IMG/VR virus record: IMGVR_UViG_3300044797_000098
Coordinates: 310,001 to 374,000 of that record
Reading direction: 5' to 3' (one strand)
DNA length: 64,000 nucleotides
In this document: piece after piece, positions 9,387 through 19,425 of the stretch
Layout of the letters: every line of letters starts with the position of its first letter
How positions within the stretch are numbered: position 1 is the stretch's first letter
The notes under the pieces: model-generated
Seen by the model: the letters and a program-made list of their open reading frames with translations, nothing else
Databases searched by the model: none
Told to the model about the DNA's origin: nothing
Translations under genes and position numbers: made by a program

Positions 9387-9761
9387 TTAGTTTTCCAACT
9401 TTTCTTCTTTTGTTTCTGGTTTCAATACTTTGAGATATGGAATATCTCGTTTTATTTTTGGTTTTCGTGTTAGTGTTATATTTGAACGGATGATGGCGTG
9501 GAAACTTCCATCTATATAATAGATGGAATGATATTTAGTATCACTAAGCATTTGCTTTATTTCAATTAAAGTTTTGTCAGCATTTTCTTGATTATTTGTC
9601 AACTGGTTTTCTAACAAAAACTCAATAACATATGAGGGTGAATTGGACTGATCTTTAATAAATAATTGTTTTGAAACCTTATATCCTTTTTTAACAAAAG
9701 CAACAATTGCTTTATCTACATAACTTTCTAATAAAAAAGTTATCGTTAATCTTATTTGCAT
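9387..9761 (-). CDS. Hypothetical protein; probable paralog of 8897-9385
   Basis: Shared motifs as above. Confidence 0.6.
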   Translation of the reverse strand: MQIRLTITFLLESYVDKAIVAFVKKGYKVSKQLFIKDQSNSPSYVIEFLLENQLTNNQENADKTLIEIKQMLSDTKYHSIYYIDGSFHAIIRSNITLTRKPKIKRDIPYLKVLKPETKEEKLEN

Positions 9762-9764
9762 AGT

Positions 9765-10520
9765 TTAATTGCTTTCTCTAATACAAGATGATTTTATCGC
9801 ATCCAGCATAGCAACCGGATCACATCCATATATACCAGATGCATATATTGGATTTTCTTCAATGATAGTATATCTATCTTTGTCGAACCTGCCAACATCA
9901 ATGGTGCAACTATTCACACATTCAACCCTATCATCTTTTAGCATTTTATTCACAAAATTAACTACATCGTGAAATTTGTTATCATAATTTTTAGAAAGAT
10001 TAAGTTCTGCTGCTTGGTTTAAGTTTTGCATTTGTTTTGTATGAAGCCAATAACAACACGATGATATAACTTGTCTGTTTTTTACAATACACCTATATTC
10101 CGAAGTAAAACTCATTACATCCGATATTAAAACCGGTATATTATCCTCTAATGAATTAGTTAACTCACTCCCAGAATTATATATTTTAGCCTGAAACAAT
10201 TTATTATCTGCTGGCTTGATGAACTTTCTTTCTGTTAACCTTCTTGCTTCGCCTAAATTAGTGAAAACAACTTTACGATTGACATATTCTTCTGGAAGTT
10301 TTGCAAGCCAATTTAATGGATTTCTTTGCAACTTATATCCTGTTTGTTCTGCAACGGTTTCGCAAAACAACCATTCACCATAAATTGCTATATCTGTATT
10401 GGTTTTCAACCGATCTGGAATACGCCAACTATCATTATACACCGCCCAACCTAATCCTTGGGCAGCGTTAATTATTTTTCTTGTTTCTGATTTTACATTT
10501 GGTGTTGTAATTAATAGCAT
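9765..10520 (-). CDS. ATP-grasp domain protein (DUF4343/R2K-like)
   Basis: KFIKPADNKLF, ISD..SF.SEYRC.V, TIDVG, IIEEN....SGIYG. Confidence 0.82.
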   Translation of the reverse strand: MLLITTPNVKSETRKIINAAQGLGWAVYNDSWRIPDRLKTNTDIAIYGEWLFCETVAEQTGYKLQRNPLNWLAKLPEEYVNRKVVFTNLGEARRLTERKFIKPADNKLFQAKIYNSGSELTNSLEDNIPVLISDVMSFTSEYRCIVKNRQVISSCCYWLHTKQMQNLNQAAELNLSKNYDNKFHDVVNFVNKMLKDDRVECVNSCTIDVGRFDKDRYTIIEENPIYASGIYGCDPVAMLDAIKSSCIRESN

Positions 10521-10528
10521 TTATTTAC

Positions 10529-10903
10529 TCATACTAATAGCAGATACTTTTCTATTTCATCCGCATACTTTGCGTATTTTTCTGGATTTCCTGTTTGACA
10601 CTCAAAACTTGCATATTTAATGTTATAGTCAGTATAATTAAAATTATTAATTAGGTAATCCACATACCATTTTAATACTCTGATTATATTTTTAGCAACT
10701 GGAAGATTACGTTTTTCATACGTATCAAAACATGAATACCATATCCCTATCCCATATTCTATGCCTTCTTCTGTAAAATCATCATCAACAATTTTATATT
10801 TCCATCTATTAATATGATTTTCAGGATCCTCACCGAGGTTCTCAATATATTCATAACGAATGAACATAACTATACCAAGTGGGAAAATGTCGGCGAACTC
10901 CAT
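10529..10903 (-). CDS. Small protein, family B (DDDF), tag EKYLLLV
   Basis: IVDDDFTE...IW....YEKRNLPVAKN. Confidence 0.75.
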   Translation of the reverse strand: MEFADIFPLGIVMFIRYEYIENLGEDPENHINRWKYKIVDDDFTEEGIEYGIGIWYSCFDTYEKRNLPVAKNIIRVLKWYVDYLINNFNYTDYNIKYASFECQTGNPEKYAKYADEIEKYLLLV

Positions 10904-11607
10904 ACAAACTCACTCATTGCTTTTTTATCGAGGTAATGCGTATGGATTTCTTTCTGCTGGAATGTTTTATCTATAAAACAATCATACGATTTAGATTGAC
11001 CGTTGATTGAAACGCTTCGGATTGGATCTCCATTAACGAAGTGAAGCGCTGCATGATCATCAATTGCATATCCACTTCCGATACGGCCAATAACCATTTC
11101 TTTTTCGTATGCTTCTCGTCGTTTATCTGAACTATAATGAGGACAATTGCTAAATGGCAAAATACCAAGGCAAGGCATCACACTTAATTTTCCGGGCACG
11201 CTATCAGTGATGCATTCTTTGAACCATACTACGCTACCAGCGCTTCCACCTGATAGGATGACGCCGTTGTCATAAGCCTTGCGAAGTATGACATCAAGTC
11301 CCCAAGATTTCCATAAAACTAATGCGTTGCGTGAATGTCCGCCCGATACGAAAACAATATCGTTCTCTAATACAATGCTTTCTAAGTCTTTATTTGGCGG
11401 GCTGAACAATGAAAGATATGATGGCTCGCAAGAAAAACGATCGAAGTATTCCATAAAATATTTTATGTAGCCACCGTCATCTCCTGACGGCGTTCCAAGG
11501 AATAATATTTTTGGATTTTGCTTCTTTGTTTGTGCCAATATGTATAATTCGATGGATGGATTTTTACCGTCCATTCCACCAGAACCGATTGCAATTATTT
11601 GCTTCAT
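10870..11607 (-). CDS. Peptidase S51 family (dipeptidase E/cyanophycinase-like)
   Basis: IAIGSGG, IVFVSGGH, nucleophile elbow GGSAGS, CPHY; start at MKQII. Confidence 0.88.
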   Translation of the reverse strand: MKQIIAIGSGGMDGKNPSIELYILAQTKKQNPKILFLGTPSGDDGGYIKYFMEYFDRFSCEPSYLSLFSPPNKDLESIVLENDIVFVSGGHSRNALVLWKSWGLDVILRKAYDNGVILSGGSAGSVVWFKECITDSVPGKLSVMPCLGILPFSNCPHYSSDKRREAYEKEMVIGRIGSGYAIDDHAALHFVNGDPIRSVSINGQSKSYDCFIDKTFQQKEIHTHYLDKKAMSEFVWSSPTFSHLV

Positions 11608-11617
11608 TTGATTTCTT

Positions 11618-11914
11618 TCATAGCAATACCATGTTCTTAACAATCTTATCTAAATACTCACGTAAGTCTTGTGGAACGAATACACTGATCATACCTTGCT
11701 CATCTCGTTCCTTATTTTCCCAATAAATTATACCTGCAATAGGATCATAGTATGGTGCTATTGCATATACTCTGTCATCACCTGAACCATCATCACGACA
11801 TCTGATTGGATCGCCTTTTATGATTTCAAGGTAAAATCTATTATCTTCCAACCAAGAATATCTTCTGTTGAAGTCTGCTTTGTATGTGCGACCATTGGAA
11901 GACTTAAAAATCAT
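11618..11914 (-). CDS. Small hypothetical protein, tag KNMVLL
   Basis: Tiling ORF. Confidence 0.65.
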   Translation of the reverse strand: MIFKSSNGRTYKADFNRRYSWLEDNRFYLEIIKGDPIRCRDDGSGDDRVYAIAPYYDPIAGIIYWENKERDEQGMISVFVPQDLREYLDKIVKNMVLL

Positions 11915-12035
11915 AATAGATTAGAATGGCTTCCTATTCAATAGGTGTTTCCTAACAAGATTACTCGTGCGAATATAATACACCGCCGAATATTTCATTA
12001 GATATTTACGAACAATCAACACAAAATATGTCGGA

Positions 12036-12335
12036 CTATATTTTGGTGGGTTCGGTAGCAATGACTGTCCGTGTTTCTGTTGGTTTTGTAAGTCGTGCAT
12101 CGTGCTCATCCTTAATCCTTTGTAAATCAACCACAATCGTGTCTATTGACTTTGACGCATTAATGAATGTTGCTCCCCACGAATGAGCAACTTTGTCTTG
12201 TGTTGTGAAGGCGTAATCTTGCCACTCTTTACCAAGGGTTTTCAATACACTCGAAACTGTATCGAAAAATCCCACAAAACTATTATGAAAACGAACCATG
12301 TAAGAACGCATAATTAGGTGATCAATCATCGTCAT
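12036..12335 (-). CDS. Hypothetical protein (start uncertain)
   Basis: Open frame in the minus-strand run. Confidence 0.45.
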   Translation of the reverse strand: MTMIDHLIMRSYMVRFHNSFVGFFDTVSSVLKTLGKEWQDYAFTTQDKVAHSWGATFINASKSIDTIVVDLQRIKDEHDARLTKPTETRTVIATEPTKI

Positions 12336-12396
12336 AATATAATGACGGAATCTGCCCGTGTCAAGGTGCGTGCTGGTAATACAACGGCATACATAT

Positions 12397-12618
12397 GCGA
12401 TGGATGATCTTCTAAAACTTGCCGATCTATTCAATAAGGAAGTATCTAAGGATATGTTCGGAACCGTTTCATATGCCGATGAGGCGAAACAATTATCCTT
12501 ATTGGCAGGGAAACTTCATTATCGTTCGGCTGAACAAGCAGATCCTGAAAAGAAAAAACAACTGGGACATATTGCTAAATTGGTATTGGAAGCAAGTGAT
12601 ATGTTGAAGAGGGTGTAG
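12397..12618 (+). CDS. Small helical hypothetical protein on the opposite strand
   Basis: MDDLLKLADLF...; convergent with the helicase stop. Confidence 0.55.
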   Translation, partial: AMDDLLKLADLFNKEVSKDMFGTVSYADEAKQLSLLAGKLHYRSAEQADPEKKKQLGHIAKLVLEASDMLKRV

Positions 12619-12621
12619 TGA

Positions 12622-15117
12622 TTATTTTACTAAGAATAATTTAGATTTACTGCGGGTTATTGCCACATATTCGCAATTTTTCTCTTCTTGACTCATATCT
12701 CTGCGAAGCGTTCTTGTCAAAAGAAACACGCGTTCTCTCTCATCTCCCTTGGCACGATGAATACTACTAAGGATTACCATATCTTGATCTTCACCATCTG
12801 TAAATAATTCTTTTAGATTATTTTTTACTTCTTCCAAACTTTTTGCATCATTTAATAATGCTCGCAAACACGATGCTTTATCGGTGCTTATTATTGGGTC
12901 TCGTCCTTTTTCTTGAAGTCTTTTTATCTCGTTTCGCTCCCATTTATCAAGCCATTCTTTAAACTCTGGTATAGTTTTAGCCTCTGATTTTTTAATCATA
13001 TAAGATAGGCTTGCCCCAATATCTCTTCCTTTTATATTTGCTCTAACGCCTTTTTTAAGTAAGGTTAAACAATGGTATATTAGTGGGGCATTTATTCTTG
13101 ACAATATAAAATCACCAGTCTTTACTTCATCTAAAAAATCATCCTCTGATATGGATATAATTTCACCTTCTTTGGCATCTGAATGATATTCAATTTCTGG
13201 CACAAGTTTTTGCGCAAGTCTAACTATATTTTTTGCACATCTATATGATATAGATAGTGGTAAAACTTTTGCATTTAATTGTTTAATTACATTATTAACT
13301 GCATTACTATCTGCTCCACGAAACGCATATAATGAATTATGACTTAATATATCATTGCCAATAAAATTATGAGTATCTGCTACTTCAATATCGTAAAAAA
13401 CTCCATTTATTTTTTCTATATTTATGATTTCATCATCAATTATTTCGCCATTAATATTTGACAAAACTTTCATACCAATAAATAATCCTGATGCGGTTAT
13501 TAACTTAAAATCTCTTTCCGGTGCATTTCTAATGTTTATATTTTCGGTTAAATTTGCTCCAAGCAAGCTACTTATTCTCTGCGCAATATCTAAAATAACT
13601 GAATAATTTTTATTACATTTTCTATAACTAAAATGCTCTCTGTCAGTTTCTCGTCTTTTATATCTTTTAAAATTATTAAATCCATTATCCATCAATAATT
13701 GATATGTTGCCGGATCACTAAATTCAAAGTTAATTGTAGAATATCGTTTTGATATTGTATGAGCATTAATTCTTACTACATATCTACTATGTTCTGCAAC
13801 TGATGAGTTTCTTTGTGTCCAATGAGGATACTCTAATAATAATCCCTTGTATTCTAAAACTTTAAAGCCATTATGACCAAAAACTTTAAATATCATATTA
13901 ATTCTATCTTGATTTAATCCTCTTTCTGTTCCATTAAAAACCGCCGTTGGCACACCAAAGCTTAATGAGTACCATTCCTCAAACCATATTGCTTCTTCAT
14001 TTGAATCTACAACCTCCAAAACCCATAATTTATCTGCTTGTTCACTGACTGCTCTATTACCAAGTGGGGCAGTTTTTGCTTTCCATTTATTAGTTTTTCC
14101 AACCCTGAACCCCAAGTCTGATCTATACATTAAATAAACTAAAAACTTTCCATCAACACATTGTTGCTCTGCCCATATTTTATGATTCGGGCTCATTGTT
14201 AATGACTTACCTAATTTTGTAGTTATCTTTATGCCGTTTTCCCACGAGCTCTTTACTTTATTAACGACTGGTTTAAAAACTAAATTACCATTTTCATATG
14301 ATAAAATCTTTTCACCAACTTCAATATCTTTTATTAGTTTTGTTCCGTCCTCTATTTGTAGAATTGTATTTTCATCCACACATTGTTTTGGGTCTCCCAC
14401 CGCTAATATACGACCACCCGTTTTACACGCTGACAATGCCATATGTATTTGTGAGGCATTTAAATCCTGAGTCTCATCGATGCAAACTCTATGCCATTTA
14501 CCAACTGGTAAATTGAATATAAACGGAAAATATACCATATCATCATAATCGATTACGTTTTTTATATTTTTACATTCCCTTAATGTTTGACAAACATTTC
14601 GTATAAATACATCTCTATCAAGCAATCCATTATCAATATCGAAACGATCCATCAATTCATCTATTTTTGATGGAATATCGAAAAGATATCCTTTACACAA
14701 TGATACCGTTCGTTTTAATGAATTGATGGTATCGAATGTATTTTTGTCGGTTCCTTTATATCCTTGTGTTGCAAGAATAGATTTTATTATATCTTGTGTT
14801 TTATCAGGATTTAACTTGACGTCTTTACCGAATGAGTTTTTTATTGCCCTAAATCCCAGCGAATGAAGTGTCATACAATCAACATAACTCGGTGCTCGTT
14901 CGCGTAATTCATCTGCTACGCTTTTATTGAAAGCAATCATTAGCGTTTTTACACGCTCATTACCTATCTTTTTAGGAATATGTTTGAACCCTTCAACAAG
15001 TGTTGAAGTTTTACCCGATCCAGCGACTGCTATAACAACGGTATGACCTTGTCCTTCACGAATGTCTTTGAATATATTTTCTTGATATGACGACCAAACT
15101 CTTTTAGGCTTTTGCAT
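12622..15117 (-). CDS. uvrD: UvrD/Rep-like SF1 helicase interrupted by an intein
   Basis: Walker A AVAGSGKTS, IDETQD, GDPKQ/SLYAFRGA, SYRC, SIHRAKGDE, YVAITR. Confidence 0.92.
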   Translation of the reverse strand: MQKPKRVWSSYQENIFKDIREGQGHTVVIAVAGSGKTSTLVEGFKHIPKKIGNERVKTLMIAFNKSVADELRERAPSYVDCMTLHSLGFRAIKNSFGKDVKLNPDKTQDIIKSILATQGYKGTDKNTFDTINSLKRTVSLCKGYLFDIPSKIDELMDRFDIDNGLLDRDVFIRNVCQTLRECKNIKNVIDYDDMVYFPFIFNLPVGKWHRVCIDETQDLNASQIHMALSACKTGGRILAVGDPKQCVDENTILQIEDGTKLIKDIEVGEKILSYENGNLVFKPVVNKVKSSWENGIKITTKLGKSLTMSPNHKIWAEQQCVDGKFLVYLMYRSDLGFRVGKTNKWKAKTAPLGNRAVSEQADKLWVLEVVDSNEEAIWFEEWYSLSFGVPTAVFNGTERGLNQDRINMIFKVFGHNGFKVLEYKGLLLEYPHWTQRNSSVAEHSRYVVRINAHTISKRYSTINFEFSDPATYQLLMDNGFNNFKRYKRRETDREHFSYRKCNKNYSVILDIAQRISSLLGANLTENINIRNAPERDFKLITASGLFIGMKVLSNINGEIIDDEIINIEKINGVFYDIEVADTHNFIGNDILSHNSLYAFRGADSNAVNNVIKQLNAKVLPLSISYRCAKNIVRLAQKLVPEIEYHSDAKEGEIISISEDDFLDEVKTGDFILSRINAPLIYHCLTLLKKGVRANIKGRDIGASLSYMIKKSEAKTIPEFKEWLDKWERNEIKRLQEKGRDPIISTDKASCLRALLNDAKSLEEVKNNLKELFTDGEDQDMVILSSIHRAKGDERERVFLLTRTLRRDMSQEEKNCEYVAITRSKSKLFLVK
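13336..14382 (-). mobile_element. Intein (349 aa) in helicase motif III
   Basis: Starts with Cys after GDPKQ, ends DIEV..THNFIGNDILSHN followed by Ser; removal restores GDPKQ-SLYAFRGA. Confidence 0.93.
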
Positions 15118-15176
15118 CACAACAATATAAACCCACCACCATTTTCGCACAACCCACAACAAAATAATTTAATATC

Positions 15177-15440
15177 TCACATCAACAATAAATATTTTGC
15201 AATATCTTCTCTATATGGATCTAATTTTTGGGTCCTCGGTAATCCGTGTCTTTGAAAATAAAAATGTTTATATGCCAATACGAAGTTAGCCGCAACATCT
15301 AATCCACGAGATTTGTATAATTCAATGAATTCATCTGTCCATGAATCCCAAAAATCATCTTTACATTTAATTAATTCCGTAAAATTAGTATCTACTATTT
15401 CATATGTATGCGATCCAATATAAATACTGTTTTTAAACAT
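15177..15440 (-). CDS. Small protein, family B, tag AKYLLLM
   Basis: IVDTNFTE..W....LYKSRGLDVAANF. Confidence 0.75.
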   Translation of the reverse strand: MFKNSIYIGSHTYEIVDTNFTELIKCKDDFWDSWTDEFIELYKSRGLDVAANFVLAYKHFYFQRHGLPRTQKLDPYREDIAKYLLLM

Positions 15441-15446
15441 ATGATC

Positions 15447-15746
15447 TCATACCAATATTAAATACTTTTCAATATCATCTTTATATTTAAATAAATCTTC
15501 ACTATCAAGTAATTGTCGCAATTGCGAAAGATTAAGTTCTTTCATCCATCCTGATTTTTTCAATGCAAAAAATACATTTTTAACAACACTATCTGGCGTA
15601 TGTGTTTCATATGCATGAACAATCCCACCCCATACCATTTCACTTGTAAGGTCTTCTGCTCTCCTACAATTTTTTACAATACACATAGTAAAATCACTAT
15701 CTACCATAAATAAATCTCCATTGTTTTCAACTGTATGACTAAACAT
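15447..15746 (-). CDS. Small protein, family B, tag EKYLILV
   Basis: VDSDFT...VW...KYKDDIEKY. Confidence 0.7.
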   Translation of the reverse strand: MFSHTVENNGDLFMVDSDFTMCIVKNCRRAEDLTSEMVWGGIVHAYETHTPDSVVKNVFFALKKSGWMKELNLSQLRQLLDSEDLFKYKDDIEKYLILV

Positions 15747-16074
15747 CTTCTAATTCCTCATACAAGAAAACTTCACTTTCAACAAGGTCTCTCATCACGA
15801 GTAATCCTTTATCGAGCAATTCTCCCTCATTCTCCTCGGGAATGTTCCACAACCCGGCGCTAATTGCCCTAACCAATTTTGGATTTCTCGTATCTTTCAG
15901 TTCAATTAGATATTCGCCAAGCGTTTTATTCAACTTTGTTTTATCAATCCAAAAATTGCGGAATGTTGGAAGATAGATATTTAGAATATGAAAAATATCA
16001 TTCCAATAAGCATCTACTATATTCCAATACTCTGTGGGATTTGTGGGACTTCTATATATCTTTTCGCTCGTCAT
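15739..16074 (-). CDS. Hypothetical protein
   Basis: Tiling ORF. Confidence 0.6.
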   Translation of the reverse strand: MTSEKIYRSPTNPTEYWNIVDAYWNDIFHILNIYLPTFRNFWIDKTKLNKTLGEYLIELKDTRNPKLVRAISAGLWNIPEENEGELLDKGLLVMRDLVESEVFLYEELEDV

Positions 16075-16240
16075 AGTATCTGTTCATATAATTTATATAC
16101 GTATCCTGTAAATCTTTTATTAATTGATTTAGATACTCTTCTTCATTATTTTCATTTATATCTTTAACGATGGCAATTAAATCCTCTAATATTCTTTGCA
16201 TACCATAATTATAGATTAATTTTTTAATATCTTTTCTCAT
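16052..16240 (-). CDS. Hypothetical protein
   Basis: Tiling ORF. Confidence 0.55.
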   Translation of the reverse strand: MRKDIKKLIYNYGMQRILEDLIAIVKDINENNEEEYLNQLIKDLQDTYINYMNRYYDERKDI

Positions 16241-16428
16241 ACATCAATCTTCTTCTTTTTGCCAGCGGTTTTCATTTTTACAATTTCCGCCATCAATGTA
16301 TCTGTTATGGTATTAGCGAACTCTTGTATCCACGCTTTATATTGCTCGGGCGTGATATTGATTTCTTGTTTTACTGGTTTTGTTTCTTTGATTGATTTTT
16401 TAGATTTTATCGTTTTCTTTTTGGGCAT
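16237..16428 (-). CDS. Small basic hypothetical protein
   Basis: Lys-rich ends; ATGA coupling. Confidence 0.55.
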   Translation of the reverse strand: MPKKKTIKSKKSIKETKPVKQEINITPEQYKAWIQEFANTITDTLMAEIVKMKTAGKKKKIDV

Positions 16429-16437
16429 ATTAGTCTT

Positions 16438-16746
16438 TCACATCAATAGTAATATATTTTCAATTTGTTGTTTTGCTTTTTCTAAATCGAAACTAATCCA
16501 TTTGTTCAGTTCAACTTCGTGTCGTTTCTTATTTGGATTAAATATAACAATACGACATTTATTATTATGACTAAACCAAGTGGTAGGATATTTAAAATGC
16601 AGGCTGGAAAGATTATCGTAATAATAAAAACTATTACTACGCTTAACTAGATCTAACCCACAATCACAACCATACCATTCGTAAGATTGTTCTTTCTCAT
16701 TTTTCTCTGACCACTCAATATTACATCGTGGGCAGTGAGTTTCCAT
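16438..16746 (-). CDS. Small Zn-ribbon protein, family C, tag ENILLLM
   Basis: CPRC...CDC. Confidence 0.7.
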   Translation of the reverse strand: METHCPRCNIEWSEKNEKEQSYEWYGCDCGLDLVKRSNSFYYYDNLSSLHFKYPTTWFSHNNKCRIVIFNPNKKRHEVELNKWISFDLEKAKQQIENILLLM

Positions 16747-17466
16747 TTACTTCTTGTCTGGTGTGCCAATTACGACTGGTGGAACAACTACTGCTGGTGT
16801 TTGCGTTGTTTGATCGAGATTGAAAAACCCAACACCTTCGCTAATTTCATTAGCGCTCAATGATGAGGATCTATAACTTGTTATATTACGGCGCAACGAG
16901 TTATACATTTGACCAACACCAGCGCTTGTCGGGGCGAACTTCATTGTGTTGCTTGCATACATACCAAGTGATTTAGCATTAGAGAATGCATCAATTCCTG
17001 ATGAACCTATGAATACGAATAGCCAACTATATTTATTGGTTTGATGCTCAATCATTTCTTTGATTTTTGCTAAATTATATTCTGTTCCGAAGTGATGACT
17101 ATAATTTTCCTCACCATCTGTGATCAGGACATTTAAGACACGTGATGGCCTATCTTCTTCTGGTAATGCTGCTAATTTTTGACCAACGGAAGTAATAAGA
17201 TTTGAGGCCGAATATAACAACGCCGTGTTTCCATTTGTTCTATATGATAGTGATGTTAGTTCTGGAACGCTTTGTAAATCAACGAAGTCATGTATTAGTG
17301 TATAATCACTTGCGAATGTGGCAAGAGATAGTGTTGCTTTTCCATCTAACGCTTTTTGTTCCCGTATGAAACTATTAAACCCACCTATTGTATCATTAGC
17401 AATAGATGTCATTGATCCAGAACGATCAAGTAAAATTGATATATGCGTATAATTTGGATTTGTCAT
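16747..17466 (-). CDS. von Willebrand factor A domain protein
   Basis: MIDAS LDRSGSM, GNTAL, ITDGEEN. Confidence 0.88.
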   Translation of the reverse strand: MTNPNYTHISILLDRSGSMTSIANDTIGGFNSFIREQKALDGKATLSLATFASDYTLIHDFVDLQSVPELTSLSYRTNGNTALLYSASNLITSVGQKLAALPEEDRPSRVLNVLITDGEENYSHHFGTEYNLAKIKEMIEHQTNKYSWLFVFIGSSGIDAFSNAKSLGMYASNTMKFAPTSAGVGQMYNSLRRNITSYRSSSLSANEISEGVGFFNLDQTTQTPAVVVPPVVIGTPDKK

Positions 17467-17488
17467 TGTGTATATTTTCCTTTATAGT

Positions 17489-17791
17489 TTAAATTATATG
17501 TCGAATATTTTTCGCGATGCCAGAAAATCTGCTTGGCTCCCCCAATATATATCCTGCTTGTTTTTGATCAACTGCAAAATAATCATTTGAGTTTCCAACG
17601 GTGCAGACTAAAAAATCGGAATAAAACGCTTCCCATATAATCTTTTCAATTTGAACAACCGAAAGATCAATGGATAGTTTATCGAATATCTTTTTCGCAG
17701 CACGATCATATTGATTATGGTCTGCTCCTGCTTTTATGAAACCGAGGACATCGGCGTCTTCGAGCAATTCTTGTATGATTTGTAATGACAT
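17489..17791 (-). CDS. Hypothetical protein
   Basis: Tiling ORF. Confidence 0.6.
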   Translation of the reverse strand: MSLQIIQELLEDADVLGFIKAGADHNQYDRAAKKIFDKLSIDLSVVQIEKIIWEAFYSDFLVCTVGNSNDYFAVDQKQAGYILGEPSRFSGIAKNIRHII

Positions 17792-18019
17792 TAGATTAGC
17801 ACCATTAGTTTGTCAAGTTTTTCAATTAGATGAGGTCTCGTTGTTTTGATTGAATAATATAGAGGTTCAATTGCATCTCTGTCTTTTAGAGCAATTTGCA
17901 CAAAATCTTTTATTACTTCTTCATCACTATCTTTTGATCGGCTTCCAATTTTTAAAAACCTATCTAAAAGACAAAAATTAATATAATCGACTTGACAAGC
18001 CTTACGATTTCCGTAGCAA

Positions 18020-19397
18020 GAAAGCCCCAATGATTTATCTTGGGGATGAATTGCGTTATTAGAAATATTTTCGTAGTAATGTCGATTTTCTTAAAAAACT
18101 ATACATAATCTGATATATACTATAAGATGTATAATAAAACATATTCCATTCGCCTCTTTCCAACCGCTGATCAACAAAATCAACTAATGGAACTTATTGC
18201 TATTCGCAATGACATTTGGAATACACTAATCGATGTAGCAAACGCGTTTTATACTGATACAAAGAAAACGCTAAATAATTATGCAATGCATAAAGAAATA
18301 ACAATTCTAAAACAAACAATAGAAAAACAACACTGGTCAAAACTAAACGCAAAAGCAGCACAACGAGTGGCAACAGGGTTATTCGCTTCATATCAACAAT
18401 TTTTCAACAATATCAAAAAGAATAAACCAGCATCGCTTCCGAATAAACTTGAACCAACAGTCAAAAAATCAATCATATTCAATCAGTCAGGTTGGAATAT
18501 TTTGAAACAAAATAATTCAATCGATGGCAACATAATCGTAATAAATAAAATACCGTTTCAATATAAATCACATATCAAAAATCTCGATGAACTGAATGTC
18601 AAAGAATTAAAAATAAAATACAGAAACGATAAGTGGTTATGTGATTTATGCGTTGAATATAACGAAACCTATCCAGAAACTATCGAACCTAAACGAGTAT
18701 TAGCCATTGATCTCGGATTGAAAAATCTTGGAACAGGTATCGACAGTAATGGCACCATTGTAATAATTCCAAACAAAGCAAAGAAAGTATCCAAACACTT
18801 TGGAGAACAAATAGCAAAAATAGATACAAAAATATCAAAAAAGAAAAAAGGTAGCAGACGATATAAAAAATTGAGAGCAATACGAAGAAAATTATTCAAT
18901 AAAAAGAACGCACAGGTAAAACAAACTCTACATATTCAGAGTAAAAGAATTGTGAATATGAACTATCATACGATAGTAATTGGTGATCTATCCGTAAAAG
19001 AACTAATGAACAAGCAGAACAATAATAAAAAAGGTGTAAGAAAATCTTTCGGTCAATCGAATGTCAGTATGTTTCTAACATATCTATCATATAAAAGCAT
19101 TGGCAAAACCAATATCATAAAAATAGATGAGCGACATACGACGCAACTAAACTCGCTAACAGGTAAGAAGTTTCCAGAAAAAATTGAATTAAAAGATCGA
19201 ACAGTAAAACTAACGGATAGTATTGAGATCGATCGTGATCTCAACTCGGCTATAAATATCTATAACAGATGGTATAGCAACCAAATTGTGCCACTGACAG
19301 CGCCACTGGATTTATTCAGTGTGCTTGAAAAGAGTAATCTTTTCAAGAAAACTTGAAACATAAGAACCCCCGAACATTTATGTCGGGGAGTATGTCA
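18020..19397 (+). mobile_element. Non-autonomous IS200/IS605/IS607-type element carrying tnpB only
   Basis: Left hairpin CCCCAA..TTGGGG (18025-18045), right hairpin CCCCGA..TCGGGG-AGTATGTCA; no TnpA; junctions ambiguous by a shared GA. Confidence 0.88.
18127..19356 (+). CDS. tnpB: RNA-guided endonuclease TnpB
   Basis: HTH start IRLFPT..Q; RuvC LAIDLGLK, VIGDL, IDERHTTQ, IDRDLNSAINI. Confidence 0.92.
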   Translation: MYNKTYSIRLFPTADQQNQLMELIAIRNDIWNTLIDVANAFYTDTKKTLNNYAMHKEITILKQTIEKQHWSKLNAKAAQRVATGLFASYQQFFNNIKKNKPASLPNKLEPTVKKSIIFNQSGWNILKQNNSIDGNIIVINKIPFQYKSHIKNLDELNVKELKIKYRNDKWLCDLCVEYNETYPETIEPKRVLAIDLGLKNLGTGIDSNGTIVIIPNKAKKVSKHFGEQIAKIDTKISKKKKGSRRYKKLRAIRRKLFNKKNAQVKQTLHIQSKRIVNMNYHTIVIGDLSVKELMNKQNNNKKGVRKSFGQSNVSMFLTYLSYKSIGKTNIIKIDERHTTQLNSLTGKKFPEKIELKDRTVKLTDSIEIDRDLNSAINIYNRWYSNQIVPLTAPLDLFSVLEKSNLFKKT

Positions 19398-19425
19398 GAT
19401 AATCTTATATTTGCACCTGCACATT

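Noticed and set aside
11921-12136. ORF overlapping 12036-12335
   Set aside because: Long overlap, no convincing start or RBS and no recognisable motif.
18020-19397. IStron (group I intron plus TnpB) that would splice out and restore the gene
   Set aside because: The element is antisense to the interrupted gene, and only about 100 nt lie upstream of tnpB, too little for a group I core.
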